From NCBI RefSeq assembly GCF_006345805.1, contig NC_043015.1:23498001-23562000 (forward strand): a stretch of 64,000 nucleotides of DNA, given 5' to 3'. Positions 1 through 13,099 of the stretch are shown here, one piece after another; the stretch's first letter is position 1; each line of letters begins with the position of its first letter. The stretch comes from Octopus sinensis. Lineage: Eukaryota. Below the pieces are notes generated by a model. The model was not told the DNA's origin. It worked only from the letters and a program-made list of their open reading frames with translations, and searched no databases. The translations under genes and the position numbers were made by a program.

Positions 1-146
1 CTTGCTTGTTGTATTTGGAATTCACTTAGATGTTCTTTTGCCTCTTTTGTTATTGAGTATGATGCTTTCTTGTTTTCATACATGGAGACAAGGTTTGATA
101 TCCAGTCATCAGTTTTTCAGGTAGATGTCGAGGCCAATTGTGGGTT
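1..146 (-). mobile_element. R4/Dong-like non-LTR retrotransposon fragment (post-RT region), abutting a (TAA)n/(CAA)n tract
   Basis: Minus strand translates (one frameshift) TIGLDIYLKN/TDDWISNLVSMYENKKASYSITKEAKEHLSEF, resembling the post-RT region of R4-clade ORFs; truncated by the window edge. Confidence 0.5.
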
Positions 147-171
147 TATTATTATTATTATTGTTATTATT

Positions 172-210
<39 letters not shown>

Positions 211-240
211 ATTATTATTATATTATTATTATTATAATTG
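147..240. repeat. (TTA)n/(TTG)n compound microsatellite
   Basis: Directly visible. Confidence 0.95.
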
Positions 241-497
241 TTATATTTTTAATATTTATGTTGTTTTCCCAGTATACAAGTAGACTCACATGCATGTTTC
301 TCCTATGAGAATTCTCTTAGATACTTTGTTTTTTTCTAAAGATGAGGTAACTATTTTCGCTCATATTGTCGTTACTAGAAGCAACAGGGAACATATAAAA
401 AACATTTAATAGGATTTTAAAAAATTCCTCCATTCATCTCTATATATAAGTATGTGTGTGCGTGCGTCTGTGCGCGCGCATGCACGTGCGTGTGTGC

Positions 498-542
<45 letters not shown>

Positions 543-639
543 CAACTTCAAGTGTCAACTCCACATCTCTTAAGGCGTTGTCACCTCTTCGAACTGTTTT
601 TAAATGTAACTGTAGCTAAATGCAAGTGTTAGTGTTCTT

Positions 640-985
640 TGTTCCTTTACTCACTCGTATGTACGTGTATATATTAACATACATAACATCTATATTCCTC
701 CCTGTGCCTGTCATCTGTTATGTCCTTGCCGTAAGGCTTTACTTCCACACACGCCACCCTAATTTAATTCGTCCTTAGTCGAAAGACACCTGTTGTTAAT
801 GTCCTGTTATTTGCATTTGTATTTGTGTAACATTTCTCCATTTTTCCCTCCTTGTTTTCGTATACATTCGCTACTATCTTCAAAAGGAATCTAATGCTCT
901 TAGCTTCGGTTTTCCTTGGGGCTGGCCAGATTGGAGCAATCTGGGTCCTCACATCTCACTTTAACATATAATTTAATATACATGC

Positions 986-1022
<37 letters not shown>

Positions 1023-1230
1023 ATATATATCTATATATATATATATATATATGTAACCATGTATGCATCGCTGCCGATTTTCTTTCTCCGTCTCCCCTTC
1101 CTTCGGACTTTCCTCTACTCTGAAGAAGAGCTTGTCTCGAAGCGTTAAATCTTCTTGAGCGTTTGATAATAGAGTATTTATGCCACGTACTAGCGTTATT
1201 ATTTTTCTTGTTTGTTCGTTGTTTGAATCC
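640..1230 (+). mobile_element. Penelope-like 3' UTR/pLTR remnant split by (TA)n, with decayed hammerhead core
   Basis: cattcgct...taatgctcttagctt at ~865-905 resembles 59831-59870 downstream of the Penelope ORF at 58.3-59.3 kb; CTGAAGA(1120-1126)-aGAG cttgt CTC-GAAGCGTTA is a hammerhead core with GAAA changed to GAAG. Confidence 0.45.
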
Positions 1231-2009
1231 ACTACACACACATGTGTGTGTGTGTATATGTATGAGTACTAAAATATTTTGTCTAAGACTTATTGAAAAC
1301 TTGACTGTGTTGTTTATTTATATTTTTTATTAATATTTTTCTTTATTCCGTCGTTTTGTAGTCACCATGCTTTACTGGCCACCAACAATGTTCATTACTC
1401 CCGTTCCTGGCGCTTCCTTTATTAGATGTCAACTGGGCGCTATGAATAATTCTTCACAATACGATATTATCGCTCACACCAGAAGTGCTACGAAATATTA
1501 AAATTACCTGAGGGAATCCCAAGCTTTTGGTCGACAATAGATACATTTGTTACTCTCTTTACTCCGTGCAATCTCTACAGCTAGACAGAACTGCAATCCC
1601 AAATTTTTTATACCATTTGTATTGTTTTACGCCATAGTAAAAATTCTCTTCCGCTCACCTTCATCTGCTGTGTACATGACGAAATATTTTCTGCATTTTT
1701 AGTTCATATATTATTCTCTGATGTCCTACTAAAGTAAATTATTCACCAGATGTGAAATGCGGAATCTATCGGAAGCGCAGGATATTATACCATGACTACA
1801 AGCACCATGAACACTCATCTTCGTGTTTCACATGTTTCTCTTAGTCCTTAATATTCTAAACGTCTCCTTCCATATTACATTTGTCAAGGCAACGTGAACT
1901 CAGCTATATATGCATATTAATGCCTTTATGTGTGAATCTTCAAAAGTACATAGTTTACCATCATGGACTTCATATTTCTACTTGAAAATATTCTTATTCA
2001 TATAATACA

Positions 2010-2490
2010 TTGCAGCATACGAAGATTCTTTAACAGAATGAAAACGCACAAAAATGCGTCCGTTACATATAACCGTTATGTAAACCTCCTCGAGGAATGT
2101 GAAGACGCATGGAAAGCGGAACATTTTCCAAACGAAGTCGGATGTAGAGGGTTCGTTGGGCACAGTGTGAGATGACTGTTGTTATCGCTAGGCCTAACTC
2201 ATCGTAAAGTCAACACCAGCATGACCGATATCTAATCTACAGTGGAGAAGGCTAGCCACTGGATTTGGTTAAAAAGAGACGATGAGCGATGGCTAGAAGG
2301 ATATTGAGCTTAATTTGATAACCAGCTGATCTAGCAAGCGGGGCCTCATATCAGTGAGGGGGGCCGGTGTGCATTGATGCCGCCGAGAAGTAGGCCCCGA
2401 AACGGAACGCATTCTCTCCTGATGACCCAATACACTACGGAGATTTTGACTGGTATCACTTGCATATGCAAGTTGTTTGCAAGACATTTA
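2010..2490 (+). mobile_element. HERO/NeSL-type (R2 superfamily) LINE 3' end, restriction-like endonuclease C-terminus
   Basis: RYVNLLEECEDAWKAEHFPNEVGCRGFVGHSVR*LLLSLG...VEKASHWIWLKRDDERW; the KY/RY..L..EC...W....P.EVGCRGF motif is typical of HERO-type RLE domains; contains stops. Confidence 0.75.
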
Positions 2491-2980
2491 ACGGGGCAGA
2501 AAACAAGCAGAGTGAAATCATGGGAATAAAATGGTAGAATATGTTTCGATTTGAGGAGGCCACAGGAAAAATAAAAAATATAATGAGATGAAAGAAAATT
2601 TGTTGAATGAATGTAGAATATTATTTACTGTATAAAAGAAATACAGTTTTAATTAAAAATCTAGCAAGCGCTTTTTGTTGTAGTTCTTTGAAGTCAGCCA
2701 AAGTTTGTCTTATCAACCACCGCTGTTTATTGTCTGCGTAATGTTCATTTATGTACAGTGTATATAACAATGAGAATACTTGTATTTCTGTGAGGGTATA
2801 TAATTTCGCATACTTACACCTATCTGTGAGTATGTAAGTGATAAATCTGTTCAAATGTCTGAGATATTTATTATTGTATCTTCTGTTAGTTATCATTAAT
2901 TACGCTTTTGCAGTTTCCAGTTGTGAAGATATAATTCAACAATTATATCATTTAACATTTACGTTGCCTACAGTTCATTA

Positions 2981-3257
2981 GTGGAGGCACATGGCCTAGT
3001 GGTTAGAGCAGCGGACTCGGGATCGTGGGTTCGAATCTCAGACCGGGTGATGTGTGTGTTTATGAGCGAAACACCTAGGCTTCATGCGCCTCCGGCAGAA
3101 GGTAATGGCGAACTTCTGCTGACACTTTCGCCACAACTTTCTCTCACTCTTTCTTCCTGCATCTTGCAGCTCACTTGCGATGGACCGGCGTCCCGTCCAG
3201 GTGGGGAACCTATACGCCAAGGAAGCCAGGTGTGGCTCCAGAAGGAACAAACAAAGC
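2981..3257 (+). mobile_element. tRNA-derived SINE (family A)
   Basis: A box TGGCCTAGTGG, B box GGTTCGAATC; related heads at 13870 and (minus) ~40035. Confidence 0.85.
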
Positions 3258-3639
3258 AGTTCATAAACTGCATTTCTATATACTAATCTGTATATCACAT
3301 ATATCCTATCCATTTGTCAATCAATCTATACATTAAACAAAAACACATAAGATGAAGGAGTTGTAATGCACCTTTGGGTAACTAAACAAGGAAATAACAT
3401 GTAATAATAAAAGCTACCAACCGCCGAATACAAAACCGAATACAAAATAGTTTAGACATAATTATTAACAAATAAAGTTAAAATTAGAACGTGGAAGTAT
3501 TTTGATACAAAAAAAAATCACACGCGTGCACACAGAAACAAATACAGATGTAGACAGATGTACCTACCTACCTACATACATACATACATACATACATACA
3601 TACATAAAAATGAGTAGTGGTGGAATATTCCACTGAAAA

Positions 3640-3990
3640 CCTCAATAAAATGTAAGCACAACAGGCCTGATATAATTATTTGGGATATATAAGAGAAACT
3701 GTGTACAGTTGTTGAAATTAACCGCCCAGCGATTGTTAACACAAGGCGGAAGATCAGTGGAAAAGAGAATATCTACGCAGAACTATAGAGAAATCTGCAG
3801 ATACTGTTTCCAGATTACAAGTTTGGTTTTATTCTTGTAATTAGGGAGGCTCTGGGATATGTAAAACACTGCCTATATACCAATCTTGAGAAATTAGTCT
3901 TCTCAAAACCAAGAAAAAGGAAGCTAATTCGAAGACTACAGACCCATTCCATCATAGAACTGAAAAATTCTCTGAAGCTTTACAGATCTT
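3640..3990 (+). mobile_element. R4-clade LINE 3' fragment (RLE domain)
   Basis: KCKHNRPDIIIWDI*EKLCTVVEI...KENIYAEL*RNLQILFPDYKFGFI...ALG: HNRPDI / K..Y..L motif; flanked by (TACA)n. Confidence 0.65.
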
Positions 3991-5039
3991 TATAATTTAA
4001 ATATATATGAGCATGTCTAGATATGCATGTATATGCACGTGAATACAAGCTGACAACAAAATATACAAATCCGCACATATACATACATACATAAATACAT
4101 ATATACATACATACATACATAAAAAACATACATACATGCAAACAAACAAAATCCCGTTGCTGATGTTAAAATTCCAATAACGTGCTTGGATCTAGGTTAG
4201 AAACCGGCTCTTTCTCTATTCGTAAGAAATCTTGAAATACAACTGAATGACATACATGCATACATACATACATACATATATATATATACATGCGTACACA
4301 CACGTATATATATACACACACATACATATATATATACATACACATATATATATGTATAGATACACACACGCACATGTGGATACGAAAACTAGTATCTACT
4401 TACACATATACGTCTATGTAGGTGTAACCGAAAAACCACACCTAACCTTCTTTGATAACTCGTCACTCTTCCATTATCAGTATGATTGTATGTGAGTATA
4501 GGCACACACAAACTCACACAGACCTATATGTATCATATTCCTATATATAATATTATATATGCATGGACGCAGCCCAAAATTGTCTTTGTTGATACATACA
4601 CGGAGGAAATTCCTATGAAATATAGCCATTCTATACTGTTCTAGATAATACTTAATTTATAAATGTCACTTGATAGATGTCATATTTTCAATAATTAATA
4701 CCTATCTTTCATTTGTATTTGTCCATAATTTATCCGTTTTTATTTTTAATTCTTTGTTGTTCGGGTGTCTTATTCCATTGTTAATTCTGTCTTGATTTCC
4801 GTCGTTTCGCCTGTTCATGACGAGAGGTATTGACGTCTGACACAATATAGAACCGACAAAAACTACATATATACCTATACATCTAAAGACACATACGCAC
4901 ATATACACATGTATGCATATATACATATATTCTCACGCATATATATATATATATATATATGTATATTTACGTATTTATGCTTATGATTGTTTAATGTATA
5001 CAGTATATAATTATGAGTTACTAATAGTTTCATACATTG

Positions 5040-5255
5040 TAGATATTAACCCCAAGATTACGAGTTCCATTCCAGGGAGTGACCTTAATAAAAATGATAA
5101 TAACATCGAAAAATATCTTAGGAATGAGAACCCAGGTTCTAAATTTCCCCAAGACACCTAATAAAGGCTCGAGGGTATATCAGCCATAACGTTGTGTTAA
5201 CAACAAACAAGCTGAGGACAAATATCCGTCAAATATAAATAATGAATGCTTACTT
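5040..5255 (+). mobile_element. Short non-autonomous retroelement with decayed hammerhead-like tail
   Basis: B-box-like gagttccattcc, then CTAATAA(5158-5164)-aGGCT...AGCC-ATAAC-GTTG, a hammerhead layout with both core motifs mutated. Confidence 0.4.
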
Positions 5256-6790
5256 CTCAAACATTAATTTGTCAGTCTATGTCCTATGCGTGCATGAAAA
5301 TCTATTCAATAACTTCTTGTTTTCAGGATGTAGACATAACCATGTGTTTAAGACTCTCACTTTAAGACATTCTGGTTCTCAACCATCCTCTAATTCCTTA
5401 GCTCTATAGGTTTATCTTGATATATTATGCCCTTATATTTGACAATAGTTTTTAGTAGAAATTTAGGGGCAGAAATTTTCAAGAAATAATAATGTGTATA
5501 AAAATATGAATTAAGTCTCATTATGTCTGCTATTCGCCCTCACCAACGTCCCCATCTTGATCATTCTCACCATCGATTGCCCCTCCAGTAATTCTTAGTT
5601 CCATTAACGAACCTAACAACCAACGTCACTATAATTATCATCATCGTCGCCATTGCGCTAGAGATTATAAATAATGTATTCTCTCAGTTCTCTTTGTCAG
5701 AATTAGTATTCATAAACGTGACAGTCGATAGGCTAACAATATAACATTATGGCCTCTTTTCATATAATAATCACTGGTGTATTTGCATTTTCATATTAGT
5801 TTCTTTACGAATAGTTGGACCTCTCCAGGAAAGTGTGACAGTCGGTGAATACAGAATTCATTCTCTGGGACGCAATAATGCGTTTCATATTTCAGGATGT
5901 TCTTAGAATATCCCTTGCGTACATGAGCGCGGGGAGAACACACACACGCACGTCTATATAGCGTATGATATAATGTGATCACAACATTTTCCTGAACTGT
6001 CGGCCAGGACGCTATATCACACGAACGCTCATCTCTAACTTTAACGTTTTTACAACAGAAAGATGGATAAGCTATTGAAAGAGATTTTGTAACTACCGAT
6101 CTTTTATTATATTTTGTACTCATACGAGAACCGGTTCGATCCCCGATATGAGTATTAATCCTTTAAGACGTCGAGTAACTAACGTCAGAGAAAATGCTGA
6201 CTGCCTCTTTACGTTCTGAGTACAAATATTGCGGTGGTTAAATCTGCTTTTCATCTTTTCGGGTTCCTTAAAGTATGGTTCCCCACAAGTTCTGAGGTCG
6301 ATGTAATCGTAAACTCGATCCTGACGTTAGTGCCTGGCCTTTTTTCAAAATATTTTAAGGTGAACTAGCTGAATCGTTTGAGCGAAAGGAAAATGTTTTG
6401 TTCTGTTTCTTTTGATTCATTTTTGCTTGATTCAAAATCCATCGAGGGGAACTCAGCCTTCCATGTTTTAGGTGCAGTTATTGTTCTTAATCGAGCTGAA
6501 TAAAATCATTAGTACGTCGTACAAATTTCCTTTGCTCTATTGCTATCCTTCCTCTCGGATCCGATAAAATATAACAAGGTTGAGCACTGGAGTTATTCAA
6601 ATACTTCCCTTCAAAATCACTGATCTTGTGACAAAAACTACAAAGAATTATTATTATTATAATTATTATTATTATTATAATTATTATTATTATCATCATT
6701 ATTATTAATATTATTATTATTATTATTATATTATTATTATTATTATTATTATTATCATTATTATTGTTGTTGTTGTTTTTTTTTTATTAT

Positions 6791-7936
6791 TGCTTTACTT
6801 CTCAGAACGTTCGGTCTTGTTTGTTCTGGTAGAATCTGGGAGAGCAGACAGCAGCCGGTTGTCAGAGTTTTTGTTAAACAGGGTCACTTTCGGCACATTA
6901 TAACATTTGATACTTGGTTGTTAAATATCAAGGAAGACATTAAACATCCAAGTACTAATCTGAAAATCCTAGCTGTCCCTAGCAGAGTTTTGGGGGCTTG
7001 CTCTGCTCTCATGTCACTTACGATTCGTTTGACATATTACTCGCCCTTGTTTGTTAGTGCTCCTACAACTACCGGAGTAACAGACACTCTCTTCACAATC
7101 CACATTCTTGCAATTTCATCTTTTCGTAGTCTGTAATATTCAATCTATTCTAGTTCTTTGTCACTTATGCCTGCATCTCCAAGTATTGCAATATCTATAA
7201 TCTTGGTTCGCTTTTTTCCTTTATCTACCACAACAATACCTGGTCTCCAAGCATCGATTAAGGAGTCACATTGGATTGTAAAATCCCACAGTATCTTATT
7301 TTCCTTGTTCTTGGTGACTCCTTGTTCATGTTCGTATCATTTCCATGTTCTGTTCAGGCCATACTTTTCACATAGCCTTCAGTGGGGGAAATTAGCCACG
7401 TTATCGTGTCTCCTTTTGTAGTGCTTTTGTGTCAGCTTGCTACAGCCACTCACAATATGTGAGATTGTTTCGTTTCTGCTGCCACACATCCTACACCTTT
7501 AGTTCCGTTCACATTTGCGTCGTTGTTTGTGTTAATTTTATTCACCATTACTCCTACACAGAGGAAAGTGTTGATAAAGTGTCACAGCTACCAGTATTTT
7601 TATCGAGACACCATTTCTAGACGGGTTTGTCTACAATGATTTAAAGTGTCCCTTCTCTCCTTAAAACTTTACGTGAGCTTTCCTGAACCGAACACTAAAT
7701 CCAGTACTCGGTGCTCCACAGATGCTGATTGCGTTGTTATTTGGATGACCGTTGACTCCTCAGAGTTCATCCACCCTTAGACAGGTCTTGTATTACAACA
7801 TGCAGGGAGACCAAATAGTAACAAGCACCCTTCTCACAAGTCAAGCTCTTGGGGTGGCCGGTTTAGTCGCCAACGGCCGACAGCTAACAAAAAGGAGGGG
7901 AGAAAGGGAGTAATTTACTAAAGTTTGATGTTGTTG
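6791..7936 (-). mobile_element. R4/Dong-type LINE derivative, copy 1 (CCHC knuckle + RLE + 3' UTR; RT absent)
   Basis: Minus strand: CRMCGSRNETISHIVSGCSKLTQKHYKRRHDNVA...KILWDFTIQCD...RPGIVVVDK...IIDIAILGD...TPVVVGAL...LLGTARIFRLVLG with several stops; both ends lie in (TAA)/(TAG) tracts, the known Dong target type. Confidence 0.85.
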
Positions 7937-7940
7937 TTAT

Positions 7941-8008
<68 letters not shown>

Positions 8009-8029
8009 TTACTACTACTACTACTATTA

Positions 8030-8075
<46 letters not shown>

Positions 8076-8110
8076 CATTATTATTGTTGTTGTTGTTTTT
8101 TTTTTATTAT
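7941..8110. repeat. (CTA)n/(TTA)n/(TTG)n microsatellite between the tandem copies (similar tracts at 6646-6790 and 9261-9383)
   Basis: Directly visible; source of the poly-I/poly-V/poly-L ORFs. Confidence 0.95.
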
Positions 8111-9256
8111 TGCTTTACTTCTCAGAACGTTCGGTCTTGTTTGTTCTGGTAGAATCTGGGAGAGCAGACAGCAGCCGGTTGTCAGAGTTTTTGTTAAACA
8201 GGGTCACTTTCGGCACATTATAACATTTGATACTTGGTTGTTAAATATCAAGGAAGACATTAAACATCCAAGTACTAATCTGAAAATCCTAGCTGTCCCT
8301 AGCAGAGTTTTGGGGGCTTGCTCTGCTCTCATGTCACTTACGATTCGTTTGACATATTACTCGCCCTTGTTTGTTAGTGCTCCTACAACTACCGGAGTAA
8401 CAGACACTCTCTTCACAATCCACATTCTTGCAATTTCATCTTTTCGTAGTCTGTAATATTCAATCTATTCTAGTTCTTTGTCACTTATGCCTGCATCTCC
8501 AAGTATTGCAATATCTATAATCTTGGTTCGCTTTTTTCCTTTATCTACCACAACAATACCTGGTCTCCAAGCATCGATTAAGGAGTCACATTGGATTGTA
8601 AAATCCCACAGTATCTTATTTTCCTTGTTCTTGGTGACTCCTTGTTCATGTTCGTATCATTTCCATGTTCTGTTCAGGCCATACTTTTCACATAGCCTTC
8701 AGTGGGGGAAATTAGCCACGTTATCGTGTCTCCTTTTGTAGTGCTTTTGTGTCAGCTTGCTACAGCCACTCACAATATGTGAGATTGTTTCGTTTCTGCT
8801 GCCACACATCCTACACCTTTAGTTCCGTTCACATTTGCGTCGTTGTTTGTGTTAATTTTATTCACCATTACTCCTACACAGAGGAAAGTGTTGATAAAGT
8901 GTCACAGCTACCAGTATTTTTATCGAGACACCATTTCTAGACGGGTTTGTCTACAATGATTTAAAGTGTCCCTTCTCTCCTTAAAACTTTACGTGAGCTT
9001 TCCTGAACCGAACACTAAATCCAGTACTCGGTGCTCCACAGATGCTGATTGCGTTGTTATTTGGATGACCGTTGACTCCTCAGAGTTCATCCACCCTTAG
9101 ACAGGTCTTGTATTACAACATGCAGGGAGACCAAATAGTAACAAGCACCCTTCTCACAAGTCAAGCTCTTGGGGTGGCCGGTTTAGTCGCCAACGGCCGA
9201 CAGCTAACAAAAAGGAGGGGAGAAAGGGAGTAATTTACTAAAGTTTGATGTTGTTG
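8111..9256 (-). mobile_element. R4/Dong-type LINE derivative, copy 2 (tandem, period 1320 bp)
   Basis: Appears identical to 6791-7936, including stops; ORF-track entries repeat at +1320. Confidence 0.85.
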
Positions 9257-9260
9257 TTAT

Positions 9261-9322
<62 letters not shown>

Positions 9323-9343
9323 TTACTACTACTACTACTATTA

Positions 9344-9383
<40 letters not shown>

Positions 9384-9849
9384 GTTAGATGGATATTAGG
9401 TATTTGCCTTACGAGTTTGGTTCGGCTACTGGTAACAAGCAGATGGGTTTGGGAGGAGTGTTTCAGGTAACTTTCAGTTATGTCAAAGTCTCTTTAATTG
9501 ACTTGTCATACACGGCATTGAAATGGCTTCGTAGTGGTCAAGTGCTCGAAGAAGAAGTAGAACAGTTTGGGTATTTTAAAGAGATGATTTCCATACGTGT
9601 ATGTATGAAGTGTAAATTTTAGAAATTTATGATCCAAGCAGAGAAGGACAGAGACATGTTTTAGACAGAAACTGGAACTAGTCTGTGACTATGATTTCGG
9701 CTGAAAATTTTTACAATGTCAACAAGTAATCTTCAGAAGTATGTGATAGAAGAAAGAAAGAGAGAGAGAGAGTGGGGTATAGAGGAAGAAAGAGAGAGGT
9801 ACAGAAAGAGACAGAAAGATAGAGAGAAAATAAATATTGTTGTTGTTAT

Positions 9850-10705
9850 TATCATTATTATTCCTTCGTAACACAGTGTTTGTAAAAATGCACCGGAGTA
9901 CTTAGTTATCTGTCAAGTCATAACAAGGATTTAAGAAAGATAATACTTTCTTTAAGCTGTAAGCTGTGCCCTTTAATGCTGCTTTTTGCAAGACATTAAT
10001 CTTGTATGGAATTTCCAGTTGCTTTAATTGAGCCCAACACTCCGATCACCGCTGGTATCGCTTTTGCATTACCCTCTCGAATTCCATAGAGTCTTGCCAT
10101 TTCCACTTTCAATTCGGAGTATTTGGTAATTTTGTTTCAGCCCCTTTACTCACAACATTCATGTCATTTGGTATGGCTACATCAATGATCTGACAGAAAT
10201 AATGCGTCTGTGTGCGAGTTTATTGCAGAAATTATTACTCTGGCATTCAGGTACTCGCTGCAGGTACTCTTTCTTTGTCTTTTATTTCCTATCGTTGTGT
10301 TGAATTTCTTTCTGCCTCGTCTCATCACAATCGTAGTACATTTTCAGAGTCCAAACTCCATCTTAATATCATTTGAGAACATCTGCACAGACTGCACTAA
10401 TTCTCCAGTTCTGGTTCAGTTTCTCTGAACAATTTCAAGTCGTCTACAAATAGCAACTGTTTCAGTTTTCTCTTACCTTTTCTCAGATTATACCCCAATT
10501 TTGTATTTTGTAATATTTCTATTAAGGGGATCATTCCTAGCACAAACATCAGTGGAGATACACTATCACCCTGGAAGATCATTTATTTTATCTTCAGTAA
10601 ACTTATTTAGTTATACCGCTTCTATAGTTCGGTCAGTGTTAATGGGGAAATCTCATAATATCCTGTATTTCTCATTTTCTATCACAGCTTCAGGTTTGTG
10701 TTCAT
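9850..10705 (-). mobile_element. R4/Dong-type LINE, rearranged RT + RLE fragment
   Basis: IFQGDSVSPLMFVLGMIPL...LLFVDDLKLF (RT), CQIIDVAIPND...KYSELKVEMARLY...QKAALKGTAYSLKKVL* (RLE/C-terminus) and YEHKPEAVIENEKYRIL*DFPINTDRTIEA; 3' end runs into (TAA)/(CAA). Confidence 0.85.
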
Positions 10706-11628
10706 ACCAGTGCTCTGTTACCCTGATCTCGACTAATACTTCACCTCAAAATTGTGGACCTTGTGCGAAATTACAGACTATTATTTCAAAAATTTCATTC
10801 ATTGAAGACAATGGCATTGAAGACAAAGGGGATTTGTTGACCGCATCGCACTATCTACTTCATTCATTTTAGTGTTTACTTTATCAAGTGGCGGCTAATA
10901 TATACTTTTGCCACTAATCCAGCATTAATTTTTTTTTTACTTATATGATGATTGCTGAGCAAAACACGAAATATAAACATAATTTCGAGTAGAATAACTG
11001 GGGTAGAGAAAATTTGTTAGCTTTTCTCCTAACATATTCAAATATGAAGTAATATTATTTTGCCTCTCTCTATATTCTTAACTTCGTTAGGTTAGTGAGG
11101 TCAACTGAAATGTATGGCCTTGAGAAAAGCAACGGAAAAATATGTTCTGTCTCTTTGAACTTAACAATTGCATTGGCAGTGCGCCAGAATCAACATTGTG
11201 ATAAGACTTCAATAGAACGACTATATATGTTTGTGTCAGGTAAGATATCGCGGTTTCTATCTCAGTGTTTCGGTATATTGTTACCATTTCGCACTTCTGA
11301 CTGTGTGTGTATGTATGTATGTATGTATGTATGTATGTGTATGTATGTATGTATGTATGTATGTATGTATGTATGTATGTGTGTATGTATAAACATCTTT
11401 TTGGAGAATATTATCATGTAAGTGAATATGTGTATGTATGGCAATAATGTTATCGTATCGTTTTGCGTTTGTGTGTGAAGTATTTTTTTTCTTTTACTTT
11501 TCACTGATTTTCTCACCTGTTAATAAGAGAGCACTGATTAGACAGAAAAAAACATTAGCGACTGATATTATATACGTGTGGCGATTAAGCGTTCCTGGGT
11601 GTAAGTGTAACTTTCTCGGTGTGCGAGT

Positions 11629-11722
<94 letters not shown>

Positions 11723-13099
11723 GTTGTTCGATTATTTGATTTGGGCATATGATATAGACAAAGAATTTCTAGAGAAGCAATCATAGTGATTTTATTAGAA
11801 AAATGGAAAAATAATGGCAACATGAAGTAAAATAATGGCAACGTGAAGTGAAACGTATGAGGTTGGGACTGGTGAGGATGAACAAAACCAAGTGTGCATG
11901 GATTTGGTGCACCGAAATGTAAAGAAGATTGTTTAAATCTCAATAATTATTTGAAATGAAAACACAAGTGAAGAAATTGAACGAAGAGAATAGCGGGCAC
12001 GATATAGTTTAGAAAGTCTCTTTAAACACTTAGTGAAGTGAAGGGTCATGTTCATTACCTTTTGGTAGATCTGAGGGACTAGCGATGGAAATCGATGTAG
12101 TTTGCTTCCATAATTAGGTTTACGTATAATCTATGACGATCCTGTCTTATTTCCGACATTGTACCGTTGCTGTTGTTGAATCTTCATAAATATAGTAGGG
12201 TATAATTCGAGAATGATTTGGCTGTCATTATCAGTATTTACAATAACTGCATAGATGATTCTTCGATAATAATTTGTAGTAGAAAACGTCGCAAGTCAAG
12301 AATCGATTTCTTCTCTGACCAAACCTGTGGAATTTGCTAAACGCTAAACACCCTCGAGGGATATTCGATAGTGTTCAACGGGATAATGTCTGATTAAATG
12401 TTTTAAAACACATTCATTAGCCACTGGTTATGCATATTTTCTCCCCTACATCCTATAAATGCATATTTCGACGACCTTTTAAACATTAAATGTGTTTCAA
12501 TTTTTCAATTTTACAAACAAAATATAAAATTTTAAAAAGTGTTTTAAAATATTCAAAAATCATTAACTGTTTTTTTTTGGCTGTTTTGCCAGTTAAAAAA
12601 AAACTGTGTTTGCAATTTAAAATAGACAATAAATGAAAATGCATGAAGACAGTTCAGCATTTCGCTTCCTACATTGATTTTTGGCCTTTCAAATCTAAAT
12701 ATTTTAACGATTTTTTTTAGTTCGCAAAATTTTATCAAGATTCGTAAATAATGAAAATTGGTTCATAATTTTTATTATTTTACTGAATTTTATCATATTT
12801 CATACAACGTTTTTTTTCTTTCTACAGTTTCTGAACGAAGAACAATATAAATCAAATCATTATTATGATTTAATTATTTAAATAAGTGAGTGGAAATATT
12901 CTCATCACGACATTCTTGCAGGAAGAGTCGCCGATGTCTATGAGACAGTGGCTTCAAGCAGAAAAGACCCACGAGACACAGTGAAAGAGAAAATGATACA
13001 ACTAATATAATATTTCTAACTCACTGGGTTTCATTTATTACACCGTGCCTGCACAAACATTACCCTCTTCACTTATTTTGTCTTTATTATTTACGATTA

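Noticed and set aside
2395-2430. Hammerhead in the HERO 3' UTR (GAAAC...CTGATGA)
   Set aside because: Motif order would need a type II topology, but stem II cannot pair (GGCCCC versus CCCAAT) and there is no proper stem III/UH.
2981-3060. tRNA genes at SINE heads (also 13870, 50224, 61351)
   Set aside because: A/B boxes are present, but there is no complete cloverleaf or acceptor stem and each continues into SINE body sequence.
7620-7920. HDV-like ribozyme in the Dong leader
   Set aside because: Hairpins exist (ggccg/cggcc, caccc/gggtg), but I could not build the nested P1-P3/L3/P1.1 pseudoknot.
9389-9622. ORF with EEVEQFGYFKEMIS, faintly like a LINE RT C-terminal motif
   Set aside because: Too short and degenerate to assign.
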